From Amoebophrya sp. A120 (taxonomy: Eukaryota; Protista; Dinoflagellata): a stretch of 64,000 bases of DNA. Where the stretch lies: the NCBI GenBank assembly GCA_905178155.1, contig CAJINV010000004.1, positions 4,396,518 to 4,460,517 of the forward strand, given 5' to 3'. Shown one piece after another: positions 10,952 through 28,949 of this stretch. Numbering within the stretch: the stretch's first letter is position 1; each line of letters starts with the position of its first letter. The position numbers were made by a program, and so were the translations under genes. The notes under the pieces are model-generated. The model did no database searches. It saw nothing but the letters and a program-made list of their open reading frames with translations, and was not told where the DNA came from.

Positions 10952-13760
10952 GGGCCCCGGCTTGACTCGGGATCCGATTGGCCTGCCGCCCTGGTTCGCC
11001 GGCGGGGCTTGGCGGCCGGCCGGCCCGGGTTAGGTGCCCGGCCGCCCGGGCCGATGGGCCCCGGTTTGACTCGGGAACAGATTGGCCTGCCGCCCTGATT
11101 CGCGTGATTTGTGGGCCCGGGAAAGGCGCCCGATGGAGGAGGCCGAAGGACCCCGGTTTGGCTCGGGAACGGATTGGCCTGCCGCCCTGATTCGCGTGAT
11201 TTGGGGGCCCGGGAAAGGCGCCCGATGAATGACGCCGAAGGGCCCCGGTTTGACTCGGGAACAGATTGGCCCGCCGCCCTGACTCGCGTGATTGGCGGGC
11301 CCGGGTAAGGCGCCCGATGAATGAGACCGAGGGGCCCCGGGTTGGCCCGGGAGGGAACAGACTGGCCTGCCAACCTGCTTCGCGTTGCTTGGTGATTTGT
11401 GGGCCCGGGAAAGGCGCCCGGCGGATGAGACCGACGGGCCCCGGTTTGACTCGGGAACAGATTGGCCTGCCGCCCACCCTTGTTCGCGTGATTTGGGGGC
11501 CCGACCGAAGGGCCACGGTTTGACTCGGGAACAGATTGGCCGGCCGCCCTGATTCGCGCGCGTGACTTGTGGGCCCGGGAAAGGCGGCCGGCGGATGAGA
11601 CCGAACGGCCCCGGTTTGACTCGGGAACAGATTGGCCTGCCGCCCTGGTTCGCGTGATTTGGGGACCCGGGAAAGGCGCCCGAGTGATGAGGCCGAAGGG
11701 CCCCGGTTTGATTCGGGAACAGATTGGCCTGCCGCCCTGGTTCGCGTGATTTGGGGACCCGGGAAAGGCGCCCGACTGATGAGGCCGAAGGGCCCCGGTT
11801 TGATTGACTCGGGAACGGATTGGCCTGCCGCCCTGGTTCGCCCGCGTGATTTGGGGGCCCGGGAAAGGCGCCGGCTGGATTAGACCGAAGGGCCCCGGTT
11901 TGACTCGGGAACAGGTTGGCCTGCCGCCCTGGTTCGCGTGATTCGGGGGCCCGGGAAAGGCGCCCGATGGATGAGACCGAAGGGCCCCGGTTTGGTTGAT
12001 TCAATCGGGAACAGATTGGCCCGCCGCCCTGATTCGCGTGTCGGATAGATTTCCTCTTCCGGGCAATGTGCCCGCTGCCTGGATGAGACCGAAGGGCCTC
12101 GGTTTGACTCGGGAACAGATTGGCGCGCCGCCCTGATTCGCGTGATTTGGGGGCCCGGGAAAGGCGCCCGATTGATGAGACCGCTTGGCCCCGGTTTGGC
12201 CCATCCGGGACCAGATTGGCCCGCTGCCCTGATTCGCGTGATTTGGGGGCCCGAGAAAGGCGCCCGGGGGATGAGACCGAAGGGCTTTGGTTTGACTCTG
12301 GAACAGATTGGCCCGCCGCCCTGATTCGCGTGATTTTGGGGCCCGGGAAAGGCGCCCGGGGGATGAGGCCGAAGGGCTTTGGTTTGACTCGGGAACAGAT
12401 TGGCCTGTCGCCCTGATTCGCGTGATTTTGGGGCCCGGGAAAGGCGCGCGATGGATGAGACCGGAGGGCCCCGGTTTGACTCGGGAACAGATTGGCCTGC
12501 CGCCCTGGTTCGCGTGATTTGGGGGTCCGGGAAAGGCGCCCGATGGATGAGACCGAAGGGCCCCGGTCTGACTCACTCGGGGACAGATTGGCCTGCCGCC
12601 CTGATTCGCGTGATTTGTGGGCCCGGGAAGGGCGCCCGATGGATGAGACCGAAGAGCCCCGGCCTGGCTCGCGAGCGGAGGGATTGCCCTGCCGCCCTGA
12701 TTCGCGTGATTTGGGGCCCCGGGGAAGGCGCCCGACCGATGAGACCGAGGGGCCCCGCTTTGACTCGGGAACAGATTGGCCTGTCGCCCTGGTTCGCGTG
12801 ATTCGGAAGCCCGGGATGGGCGCCCGATTGATGAGGCCGAAGGGCCCCGGTTTGACTCGGGAACAGTTTGGCCTGCCGCCCTGGTTCGCGTGATTTGGGG
12901 GCCCGGGCAAGACGCCGGCCGGATTAGACCGAAGCAAGGGCCCCGGTTTGACTCGGGAACAGATTGGCCTGCCGCCCTGGTTCGCGTGATTCGGGGGCCC
13001 GGGAGAGGCGCCCGACTGACGAGGCCGAAGGGCCCCGGTTTGATTGTTTGACTCGGGAACAGATTGGCCTGCCGCCCTGGTTCGCGTGATTTGGGGACCC
13101 GGGAAAGGCGCCCGATTGATGAGGCCGAAGGGCCCCGGTTTGACTCGGGAACGGATTGGCCTGCCGCCCTGATTCGATCGCGTGACTTGGGGGCCCGGGA
13201 AAGGCGCCCGACGGATGAAACCGAAGGGCCCCGGTTTGACTCGGGAGCAGATTGGCCTGCCGCCCTGATTCGCGTGATTTGGGGGCCCGGGAAAGGCGCG
13301 CGATGGATGAGACCGAAGGGCCCCGGTTTGATTGACTCGGGAACAGATTGGCCTGCCGCCCTGATTCGCGTGATTTGGGGCCCCGGGAAAGGCGCCCGAC
13401 CGATGAGATCGAGGGGCCCCGTTTTGATTCGGGAGCAGATTGGCCTGCCGCCGGCCCTGATTCGCGTGATTCGGAAGCCCGGAAAAGGCGCCCAACTGAT
13501 GAGGCCGAGGGGCCCCGTTTTGACTCGGGAGAGATTGGCCTGCCGCCCTGATTCGCGTGATTCGGAAGCCCGGGAAAGGCGCCCGACTGATGAGGCGGAT
13601 GGGCCCCGGTTTCTTTGGCTCGGGAACAGATTGGCCGGCCGCCCAGGTTCGGACGCACGGTCGGACGGATGGGCGGTCGGCCGGGCGGGAGGGATGGTTG
13701 GGGCGGGGCCCGGGAAAAGCGCGCGGCGGCTGGGATCGATGGGCCCCGGTTTGACTCGGG
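10952..13760. repeat. GC-rich tandem satellite, about 92-bp unit, about 30 copies
   Basis: Consensus GGGCCCCGGTTTGACTCGGGAACAGATTGGCCTGCCGCCCTGATTCGCGTGATTTGGGGGCCCGGGAAAGGCGCCCGATGGATGAGACCGAA. The 92-bp period is visible in ORF starts 12308/12400/12492. Confidence 0.97.
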
Positions 13761-14336
13761 AGCGGGCTGGCCTTTTTCGCCGATCCCAGCAAGCCACCCG
13801 GCTTGTGGGCCGGCATGGGCCGAGGGGGCCCGGGGAGAATCAATCAAAGCAGGCCGCGCCGGATTCCTGAGAGAGTGGGAGGGCGCCGGGGCTTGGTGAT
13901 GGCTGGCGGGGAGGCCCGTGGAAGGTCCGGCGCCTGAGGGTGGGGTGGCGCGCGCCTTGGCCTTCCTTCCCACAACAGGCGACGGCCTGGGTGTCTGTGG
14001 TGCGGCGTCTCCGAGCTGGGGCGCCCGGGTGTCGGGTCCCCCCAAGTAAGAGAGCCGGGCCGTGTTCTGTCTCTGCTCGCGAAAGGGGGCCCAATATTAT
14101 GGCGCACGCGTCAGGCGGTGGCCGGTGTGTTGCTTCCAGCGTGGAAGAAAATGGGCCCGAGCGCTCCTCTGCTGTCAGTCTCTCGTGCGAAATATTCGTA
14201 GTCCACAACAGAGTGAGCCGTCTTGTCAGACGGGTCAGAAGAAGAGCGATAGATGTGTTCCTGTCCGAGTTTCTGTGTAAGATAGTTCCTGCTCCTCTGT
14301 TTCCCGTTTGTCGTTTCAAGGAAATCATAAATCAAG

Positions 14337-17300
14337 ATGTCAGTGACGACCCGGGTGGACGAAAAAAACGAGAACGAAAAACTGCCCGAAGCAACTACCC
14401 CATCGCAGAGAGCGACTGCTCGCGAATGTACAGCTTCTAGTGTGGCCGTCGGTGGCAAGAAGATGGCAGAGCTAGCTGCTGGTGCGCCAGGCACCACAGC
14501 CACGAGTACCACCTCCAAGCAGAAAAACAGGCGCTCTGGGACGACGAGTGCGAATAACGCATCCTCGTCGAAGCCGTTTTTGTCGACGGCGAAGATTTGG
14601 GTGATCCTTTGCGGTTTGATTTGCCTCGGGACGGTCAATTTCGTCTTGCTGAAGGTCGTCTACACCGAGTACGCCAACGTTGCGGTAGGGACGACGTCAC
14701 AAAATGGAGTTCCGGTTCCCGCCACAACCGTGGATTTGAGCTTCTTCGCGAACCAGGGGATAAATTTTCTGTACATCGTGTTCGGGGGCTGCATTCTGTA
14801 CCCACAAATGATCCTCCGACCAGAAAGCATCCAGATAAACACTGGTGCCACTACAGATGTTGATCTCAAGCCACTTCAGCTTCTACAGAACCTTGGTAGT
14901 ACAGCCGCCGTGCCCAACAAGAAGAACACCAGCTACCGATCCCTGCAGTGGAAGTTTCTAGTGATGGGATTTCTGGACGCGTGTGGCACTTTCCTCACCA
15001 GTCTGGGAGCGGGGGGCACGCCCGGAAGCTTGCAGCCTTTGCTAAACCAAACGCTGATACCCTGCACCATGCTGATCTCGTACGTGGCGCTGGGGTCGTG
15101 GTATAATTTGATTCGTTATCGTTTTTTCAAAGTAAGCTCTTTGAAAACAAAGACTGTAGATTCGCGTCGCGCATAACGTCACTCCGGGTGGTGCTACAGA
15201 TGATAAGCCAGCCGTCCATAGTGCCATGGTGCGTAACGGTTTGCAGGATGGGATAAGTACATGGAAGAGAAAAATTTCAAAACACCAGGTACACCCGCGG
15301 TGAGATAGTCGGTGCTGGAATGATCGTCATCGGTGCCGTCTTCTCCGTTTCTTTTGCGCACAGCACCACAACACCGGCAAGTGAAAGTGATAGCAGATAC
15401 GGCATCAACTTCAGAGGCGAAGAAGCAGATTCCCCGGCTCCTCCTGCACTCCTCGAGCAAGGATCTACTTCAGCGGGCAACAGCGGCGCAGTCACACCCG
15501 CCATCTTGGCTTACGCGTTGTCCACCCTGCCGATGGCGTGCAGCTCCGTTTATAAGGAGCGCTCTTTTCGGCAGCAGAAGATCAACGTGTGGTATCTGAC
15601 GCAGTGGGTCTCGATTTACCAATTCTTTCTGACTTTTCTGTTTCTCCCTCTCACAAACTACTACGCGATGATGAGCTCGCCCAGTACTTCTTCTACGTTA
15701 GTGGGCCACGACTCCGCCGGACTAGACAAAAATGGACTTCTTTCCACTCCGAGTGCTGGTGGTGCCTCTAGTAGTACAACTCCAGAGGGGGTTGATAATC
15801 TCCCCTCCGCCAGCACCAGCACCGAGTGGGGGTCTCTGTCGCTCGGGTTGCAATGCTTCGACGGGGAACTCGCTTTCTGTACTGATGTTTCCTTGACTGT
15901 ACTTGTTTAGAGAATGGCAATGTTAATACTTTACGAACATATACTATTCCCTAGATCAACTAGTACCCGTAAACATATGTTGATCCAATTCTATATCTAA
16001 CTCTGAAGCTTCTACTGATAGGTCTTGTATCTCCAAAAACTACTAACCCAAGGTGCCCAGCACTCCCTCGGACTTGCCCTCTGCCTCTACACGTTGGTCA
16101 ACGTACTTTTCAACACGCTCGGACTGTACCTCACCAAGCACGGGTCCGCGGTGTTGAACAGCTTGGCCTACAGCATTCTGCTCCCGATCACGACGCTTTT
16201 CTATTTCACCCCGTTCGCCCCCGCGATCACGAAACAGAGTTTTGACTTCGCCACCTGCTTTGTGCTGATTCCGAGTTTGGTTCTGGTTCTCTGCGGGTTT
16301 GCGGTGTTCCGGTTGTATGGCGAGGCCGTCAATGCGGAGATGGCGGAGAAGAATAGGCAACTGGAGGCAGCTTCCACTCTGGCCGCTGCGGCGGACCCGT
16401 ACTATGGAGGATACAGCATTTTTGGGGATAATTTGGGACCTACTCCGTTCATCTCCGCCGAGCAGCTACAACTCGGCCCGCCGCCGTTCCACGTTTTGCA
16501 GGATCATCTCGCGGTTGACCAGAATGGTAGAGTGGTGGTGGTTGCTAATCTGAGTCTTTATCTTCCTATTTAGCTGCTGAATAACATTACGCTGCATGGT
16601 ATGCTGAGTTTTCTTTTTTGCAGCTGATCATACCGTCGTGGGTAATGTTTTGCACGAGGTACTAGTACTAGCAAGAAAACTTTCTGAGTATGTTCATGAA
16701 AGGCGCTGGGTATAGTGTATCGGACCACGAATAAACTGATGAACTAAACTGAAATTGTTCAGGAGCCCAACCGTTACTCGAGCAGCAGCAGCTGCCCGGA
16801 GCCGCCGCGATGGTTCATCCCCAAGTAGTGCCACCGCACCCTCACCTGCTTCACCAAGACGCAGTGCAGCTCGCCCCGCCCGACCTGCTGGACATCCTAC
16901 GCCAGACCGGCCCGCCCCACTGGACCTACAAATCCAAAGACTCTGCAGGCAACTTTTCCGCGGGTGGCGGCCAGGGCGGCAGCCCTTCGGAGGTCCTCAC
17001 GGACCAAAACCACACGCCGCGCGGGGAGCCATTTGAGGAGCACGTCGTGCTGCGAGGGGGGCCTGGACCTGGTGCAGCAGGAGCAGCTCCGTTTTTACAA
17101 CAACATCCACCTCCAGGCGCGACGCTTCTACCAAGTGCAAAAGTGTCTGGGTCTGGAAGATTCTGAGACTTGTCCTGCACGTTTTGCATGAGCCATGAGG
17201 TCTGGAATGCGAGACCTAGCATGACAGATTATTTGAGGCCTCTATCATGCCTTTCCTGCATGAGAAGCTCCCTCTCAATTTGGTCAAAAGCGGACAGCTT

Positions 17301-19653
17301 TTGGCACTCACGCAACACAGATTTTTGCATCATTCGGATTTCGCATGACAAGGTCTAATGTTCCGGACCCAGACACTTTTGCATTTGATAGCTTCAAGAA
17401 ATGGACGAAAACCACACGGCCGGGGGCGACGCGCAGCATTTGCACCCGCAGCCCGTTGTCTCCCAAGCAGGGAGAACACGGTATTTCAACATCGCCGGCG
17501 GCGGCATTGGCGGCACGACTAGAGCCGGTCAACTACTACATCCTGCAGTTGTTGACGTGCGCGGACAGATGATACATCCGGAGGGACGAGAAAACGACCT
17601 GCAGCAGGCGTTATTGCAAGAATTCCATCCGGGTGGACCACGACCACGAGAGGTAGCAGGAGCATTTCAGCCACCACAACAGCGCCGTCGAGATGATCGG
17701 GAGGTCGCCCACCAACGACCAGAAGACCTCGATCAGGTGGTGATCCAGCGTCCGCGAGGTGGTCAACAAGTGGTGAATCAAGACCAGCGCATGCAAGAAC
17801 AGGAAGTACTAGTAGACCATGAGACTACTTTGGTTCGTCAACATCGCCGGCGAGGTCCGGGCCAGCTCAATCTCGCGCGGGAAGAGTTTCTGCAAGCGCA
17901 GCGGGACGGTGCGGTAATCCTTCCTGGTGTTGAACAACAGCAGGCCATGCAACAAGGACCACCGGCGGCAAACGCGAATCTATTTCCGGGTGGACAAGCT
18001 GCTTTGCCTCCGCGCTACGAGATCGTTGGCGAGTTTTTACCAGTAGAAGGACCACCTGCGGAAGTGGAGGAACGTGCGGTTCCGGAGCAGCAGGAGAACG
18101 TGGTGGTCAACAACTACCGTGTAGGTCAAGTTCAACCAGCGCCGGCGCCGCAACAAGGCACCGGCACCGGCTCATCGTCCTCCTCCGCCTCCTCGACCAC
18201 GCAGCAAGCAGGAGCCACCACTTCCGTTCGTGCACGCAGCATTCGAGGCCCGGCCTCCCGGTTCGACACCCGGACGGGGTGGAATCCCGCGCAGGAGCTG
18301 CTCCTCCCCACGCTGAACGAGGGCGAAGTCTTAGACGAGGACAATGTGAGCCAGAACCCGGCCCAAAGCGACGCGTTGTTGATATGGCGTTCTCAAACGT
18401 TACATTCTCAACTGTTACATGAATTTGTAATGCAAGACTAGCACAGGTGAGAGGGAGAACCTTGCGCGTCTTGCATTACAGGTTTGATCCGGATTGCAGT
18501 GCTATTTAGACTTCCGAGAATCTGTCATGCGAAGCAGCTTGATCGTCTGGCGGGTGGTCATGGTCATTTTGCATGACAAATCATGTAACAGTTGAGAATG
18601 TAACGTTTGAGAACCCCATAGCTGAATACCTCGTCGAGCAGCACGCTGTTCGACATTCTGTCCGCGAAAACCTCGAAAAACACCGCTCCCGGGGGCGGGC
18701 TCTACCCTCCTCCTGGAAGCAGTAGTTATAATTTCCCCGGAGGAGCAGGAGGAGATTCGTTTGTCAACAGTCCCCCCGAACAGGGGAATGTTTCCTTTGC
18801 GTTCTCAAACTCCACGGGGCGAGAACAGGACTCGGGGACGACTGTGTCTTCACCGGAGGACTTTGCTGCCCACTACGGGCACGACCAGCGTGGAAGTCGA
18901 AGCAGCTTCACTGAAGACCAGCCCCCATCCCTGGCGGATTTCATTTCTGTCCTGGAAGACTACACGAAGCAAGAACTCCGGCGACTTTGCAACTTTCTGT
19001 ACGACTGCTGTGCGGGTGCGGTTGCGGGACTTTGTGAGAAGCAGGCGGATGATAATTATGATGACCAAACTGCTGCAGGAACGTTGTCTACTTGTTCTCC
19101 GACGCGAAGGCGCTTGTCTTCGGGAATACTAGGACGCAGCCTTCTTGCGACATCGTCCTCGTCCACTGCAGCCGCGAGTAATCAATTTGCGGATCATTAC
19201 GATCGCGATCTTTCGCACACCGGGGAGCCGGTGTACACGCTTACGGACGTCATTTTGTGCGCGCAAAAACTCCTGCTCCAGCAAGCAAGCAGCGGTAAGG
19301 TAGTGCCAAGGAGGCCACGGAATAAAAGGAAAACTGCAGGTGAAAATCAACGTGCTGCAGAAGATGATGATGCCGATGCCCCGTTCTATGGGACGAGCAG
19401 CAATAGACCTAATCCTTTCAGTCTGGCCGAACATCAATCTTCAGCAGATCTAGCACAACAGTCGCAACCCAGTTTCCAGGAGCGCCTTCTTGGTGGCGTT
19501 GTGCCGCTGTTTCGCCTTCCAAGAAGCAGCGATGGTGCTCCTACCCAGGACGACCTGTCGCTTCTTCTCGCCGAGCCCAGCCCACCAGGCGCGACCTTTG
19601 CCCAAACCGTGCAGTTGCCGCTGCTCGCCGGGTTGCAGCAGGGGAGGTTGTAG
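14337..19653 (+). CDS. CRT-like (chloroquine-resistance-transporter-like/DMT) membrane transporter with long low-complexity C-terminal extension
   Basis: Multiple TM segments with CRT/CLT-like motifs (MGFLDACG, TPGSLQPLLNQTLIP, SSVYKE, WVSIYQF, TKHGSAV). GT-AG introns 15101-15288, 15879-16052 (TACTAAC at 16041), 16527-16762. The frame continues through introners 17129 and 18383 into ORFs 17401 and 18844. The 3' end is less certain. Confidence 0.75.
17129..17390. mobile_element. Introner family B (262 bp)
   Basis: Family B TIRs (TAC start variant), direct repeat GCTTC/GCTTC. Joins ORFs 16810 and 17401. Confidence 0.9.
18383..18620. mobile_element. Introner family F
   Basis: About 40-bp TIR TATGG(C/G)GTTCTCAAACGTTACATTCTCAACTGTTACATGA with one mismatch, flanks GTTGA/GCTGA. 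Confidence 0.9.
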
Positions 19654-20350
19654 AAAATATGTAAACAACAATGTCGACAGCTGCACTGGTGACAAGCCGA
19701 GGAGGTCAAACATACATAGGACACCGCCTTTATGTAAGATTTTTTTTGCCCGCAATGTCTATATGCTGTCAGTTTCGTATTCGTAAAAAAAGGCTGGCGC
19801 AGCGCCGTTGTGGTATCGCGCTCGCTGGGAGTTGTACTAAACTACGCTGTTGCACTGGAAAGAACAGGAGAACAAATGGAAATCTAAACAAGGACCGCCT
19901 TAAAATTAAAGAAGGACCTGGTGAAAAAATGAAAGGCTGCTGCTTGTGGGCGGTGCTCCGCAAGATAATTTACATTGCCTTTGCGGCGCGCTGCCGTTTT
20001 GTTCTTAGAGCCGCACAGATTTTTGCTTGTTTCTTGTTTTGAAAGTGTATCAACATCGGTTTCGGTTGTTTTTTTTTGCTTTTCCAAACGGACGACGCTT
20101 CTTGCTCCATTGTGTCTACTCCTGCTGTTCCACAGTGTCGTCGTTGGCGTCGCTTCCACTGTTCCCGTCGAAGGTCCTCGGATGTTTCGGTTCTGTATAC
20201 AGTCCTGTCTTGTACATAAAAACTGCTGCGCACGTGGTGTCGTATCTACGATATACTTTTTGATTTTGTTGATCTACTAGCACGTGCGTTGTTTGAGCTA
20301 AAGAACTGGCACGAAAACAAGAACCAACCACAAAGCGCCATCTCAGAGCG

Positions 20351-23813
<3,463 letters not shown>

Positions 23814-25256
23814 AAAGGAGAAATAACGGGTGGATTTGAGGCAAGTAGTAGAGGAGAATGTGACTGAAAGTACAATGGCCTACTGCTCCATGGAGCGAAG
23901 ATTGTGATTGTCCTCGTGTAGGTGTACTAGCAAAAATGATAAAAACAGTACGATATGGAAGATGAAAATCTTCTCTATCATGCACGCGGCAAGAACGAGG
24001 TCGTGCTCTTCGAAGTCTGGGCTGTAGGACCGTGCGACCGCTACTTCCGCTATGTAATATAAAAAGCATATCTTTATTGGCTCTTGTTCGGGCGTGGGAT
24101 TTTTAACAGGGACTTCTAAAACGCTGCCGTTGCTGTAAACAGAAATAAACTTGAAGTTGATCTTCAAAAATTTTCCGAAATACTTTTATGATTTCTTTGC
24201 TACCCGTCAAAAAAATAAATTCCCTTTCTATCAACAGCAGCAGCAGCGGCACCGGATATTGAAGATTGCATTTCTTTTTAGTAAAACATCCGTAGAAATC
24301 GTGCAACTGCTTCGCAAAAAGGAGAGCAGCAATAATCTTCGCATAGTCTTCTTTTTCAAGTAAAAACGCTATGCAAGGACGTGGAAACTTCATCCTCCTG
24401 CACGGACTTTTTGTCCTTCACTAACTGCGAAGCACATGTTTTGTTCTTTGAAGTTTTTTCGTAAAGGAAAAAAAGCAATAATTCCTGGCTGCAACAAAAG
24501 GAAACCAAAAACATTCGTTCCTGCGGGTTTGCTGCTTCTATATGGAGGACAGTATGGTGATGTTCAAGTTCTTTTGAAGTCAGTGGAATTGAGTTGAAGT
24601 TGAGTGAAGCTGAAGAGGTTTTAAGTTCTAATGAGGCACAACTACAACTCCCATGTCCATTCACCCTTTCGACAGATGCACACTCCGTGTAGAAGTCGAG
24701 CCAGCAAGATAGCCTGCACCTAGCATTCTTTCCCGAAAAACAAGCACTGTACTGGGAGCATGACAGGTCAGGTCACCTTCCGCAAGAACACGATGCAACT
24801 CCTGGAGTGTCACCCACACGACCCTTTTTCTGTGTATAATTGTTGCCGGAATAAAATTTCAATACTTGTTGTTGATGTGAAGCTTTTGAAACCCCAAAGC
24901 ACCAGAACCAACCTCCTCCTACGGCAGTTTTATCTGTTGAGTATTCTTTTTTCTAGAATTTCTCATACTGCTCTTAGAAGGACTACTTCCTCGACGCCCA
25001 CAAACAATGATGTAGCGCATCGAAGGTCGTTTGACATTCTCTGCTTGGAGCCATCGATTGAAACCGGCACCTCCCCGCAGCCGCACCTCGCTACCACAAG
25101 CAAGCTGTACTGGAGCACGAAGCGTGTACTTAGCTGCAGACAGACGCCGGTGCAGGAACGACATCAAACAACGGACAGTGGAGTAGTTGTAGTTGCAGCA
25201 GCGCGGTAGACTTGTGGCATTTGTTGTAGTACCGAAAATAAATCGGGATCACTATA

Positions 25257-25518
25257 TATCAACTGTAAAAATGTCTGGGTCTGGAAGAATGCAAGATTTG
25301 TGATGCAGTTTTTCCATGACCCATGAGGCCTGGAATGCAGCATCTAGCATGACAAACGCTGGGAGGTGTCTATCATGCCTATTCTGCATGAGAGCCTCCT
25401 TGTCAAACTGTTCAAAAGTGGACATCATTTGGTAATCATGCAACACAAATTTTTGCATGCTTCAGATTCAGCATGACAAGTTGCATTCTTCCAGACCCAG
25501 ACACTTTTACATTTGATA
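25257..25518. mobile_element. Family B element just upstream of the GFUS ATG (probable 5' UTR)
   Basis: Family B TIRs, direct repeat CTATA/CTATA, ends 12 nt before ATG 25530. Confidence 0.92.
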
Positions 25519-25529
25519 CTATACTATCC

Positions 25530-27849
<2,320 letters not shown>

Positions 27850-28949
27850 TAATGAACAGGAACTGTGACAACTGTCGAATTCATGTATGTACGTGATTTT
27901 TGCAATATTAAAAATCTTCACATCTTCGCGAGAAGTTTGCGAAACGGCAACACAACGGGAGCGATACTTTCACGGCGTATGATTTCATTGTACACACGGT
28001 CGTACTTCTTCTTCTTTCTTCGCCGCAAAGTAAAAGTTTGGTTGTCTCCTTGTACTACAAATCGTCGTGACTTGCTGTGGTATGTAATCAGTGTGTTGGC
28101 ACTCGCACTTCTCGTCCCTGAGCGGACAAAATCATGAAAGAACAAAAAAGGGCGCAATGAGTACTTTGAGTTTGATGTATAGGCCTCGACCAAAGGGTAA
28201 AGGGCCAAAGGATACAACTAGATTGAACGTTTCAGAAGTACAAAAAGAAAGATATATTAACTGAAGTAGGAGGGAGCACTAGCCCCGTGAGCAGAAAGAA
28301 CAATTGTCAATCGGAACGCCACGACTTCCATTCAGAACAAACAAACAAAAAAAAACATTGAAATACGTATCTGTCTTGTGCATCATGTCGTCGCGATAGG
28401 TGTGTCTCGCCGCAAAAGAGCCTCCACCGGTAGTTCTTGGCATTTTGGTAATCGCAGGGTCTGCCAGCCCGTCCGCTCGTTGTAACGGCAATTATTACAC
28501 GGTATTTATTATGGCTCCGTGTATGTAGTTCCTGTAGCTTTCATCGTGCGGCCTTTTCGTTGGTGCTGCGAATCGTCCGCAACTACACTTCATCTTGTTC
28601 TTTGGTTTGTTTTCGAATCTGCTGCAAGTAGAATCGCGTTCTTTATCCTTGTTTGTTTTCGAATCTGCTGCAGATTTGGAGAAGAAGTAGCATCGCGCTT
28701 CTTTCGTTTTTTTTTCATCGTCTGTCGTCCTCGTTTCCGACTCGATGAGCTTGTCGCTTTCGATCGTAAACGAGATAGACCAACAACATCGTCTAATATT
28801 TGATCGCGCTAGAACTCCTAAAAAGGTGTGTCGAAAAATCTTGCTAGTTGCTTCCGGAGATGCTGAGAGCATTAGCATAGTTTGTTCGTAGTCACAGGAG
28901 CATCAAACTAACATCATCTCCGAAGAAACCTGTAGCACGAGCCACCAGT

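Noticed and set aside
11776-11796. Hammerhead-like CTGATGAGGCCGAAGGGCC in some satellite units
   Set aside because: CTGANGA occurs in only a few copies, the required GAAA does not follow the stem, and I could not build stems I and III. An Infernal search with Rfam hammerhead models would settle it.
10952-13760. CRISPR-like array
   Set aside because: No unique spacers, units are contiguous, the context is eukaryotic and there are no cas genes.
11030-13843. 937-aa, 598-aa and other long ORFs over the satellite
   Set aside because: By-products of a stop-poor GC-rich 92-bp repeat. The translation cycles through all three frames of the unit.
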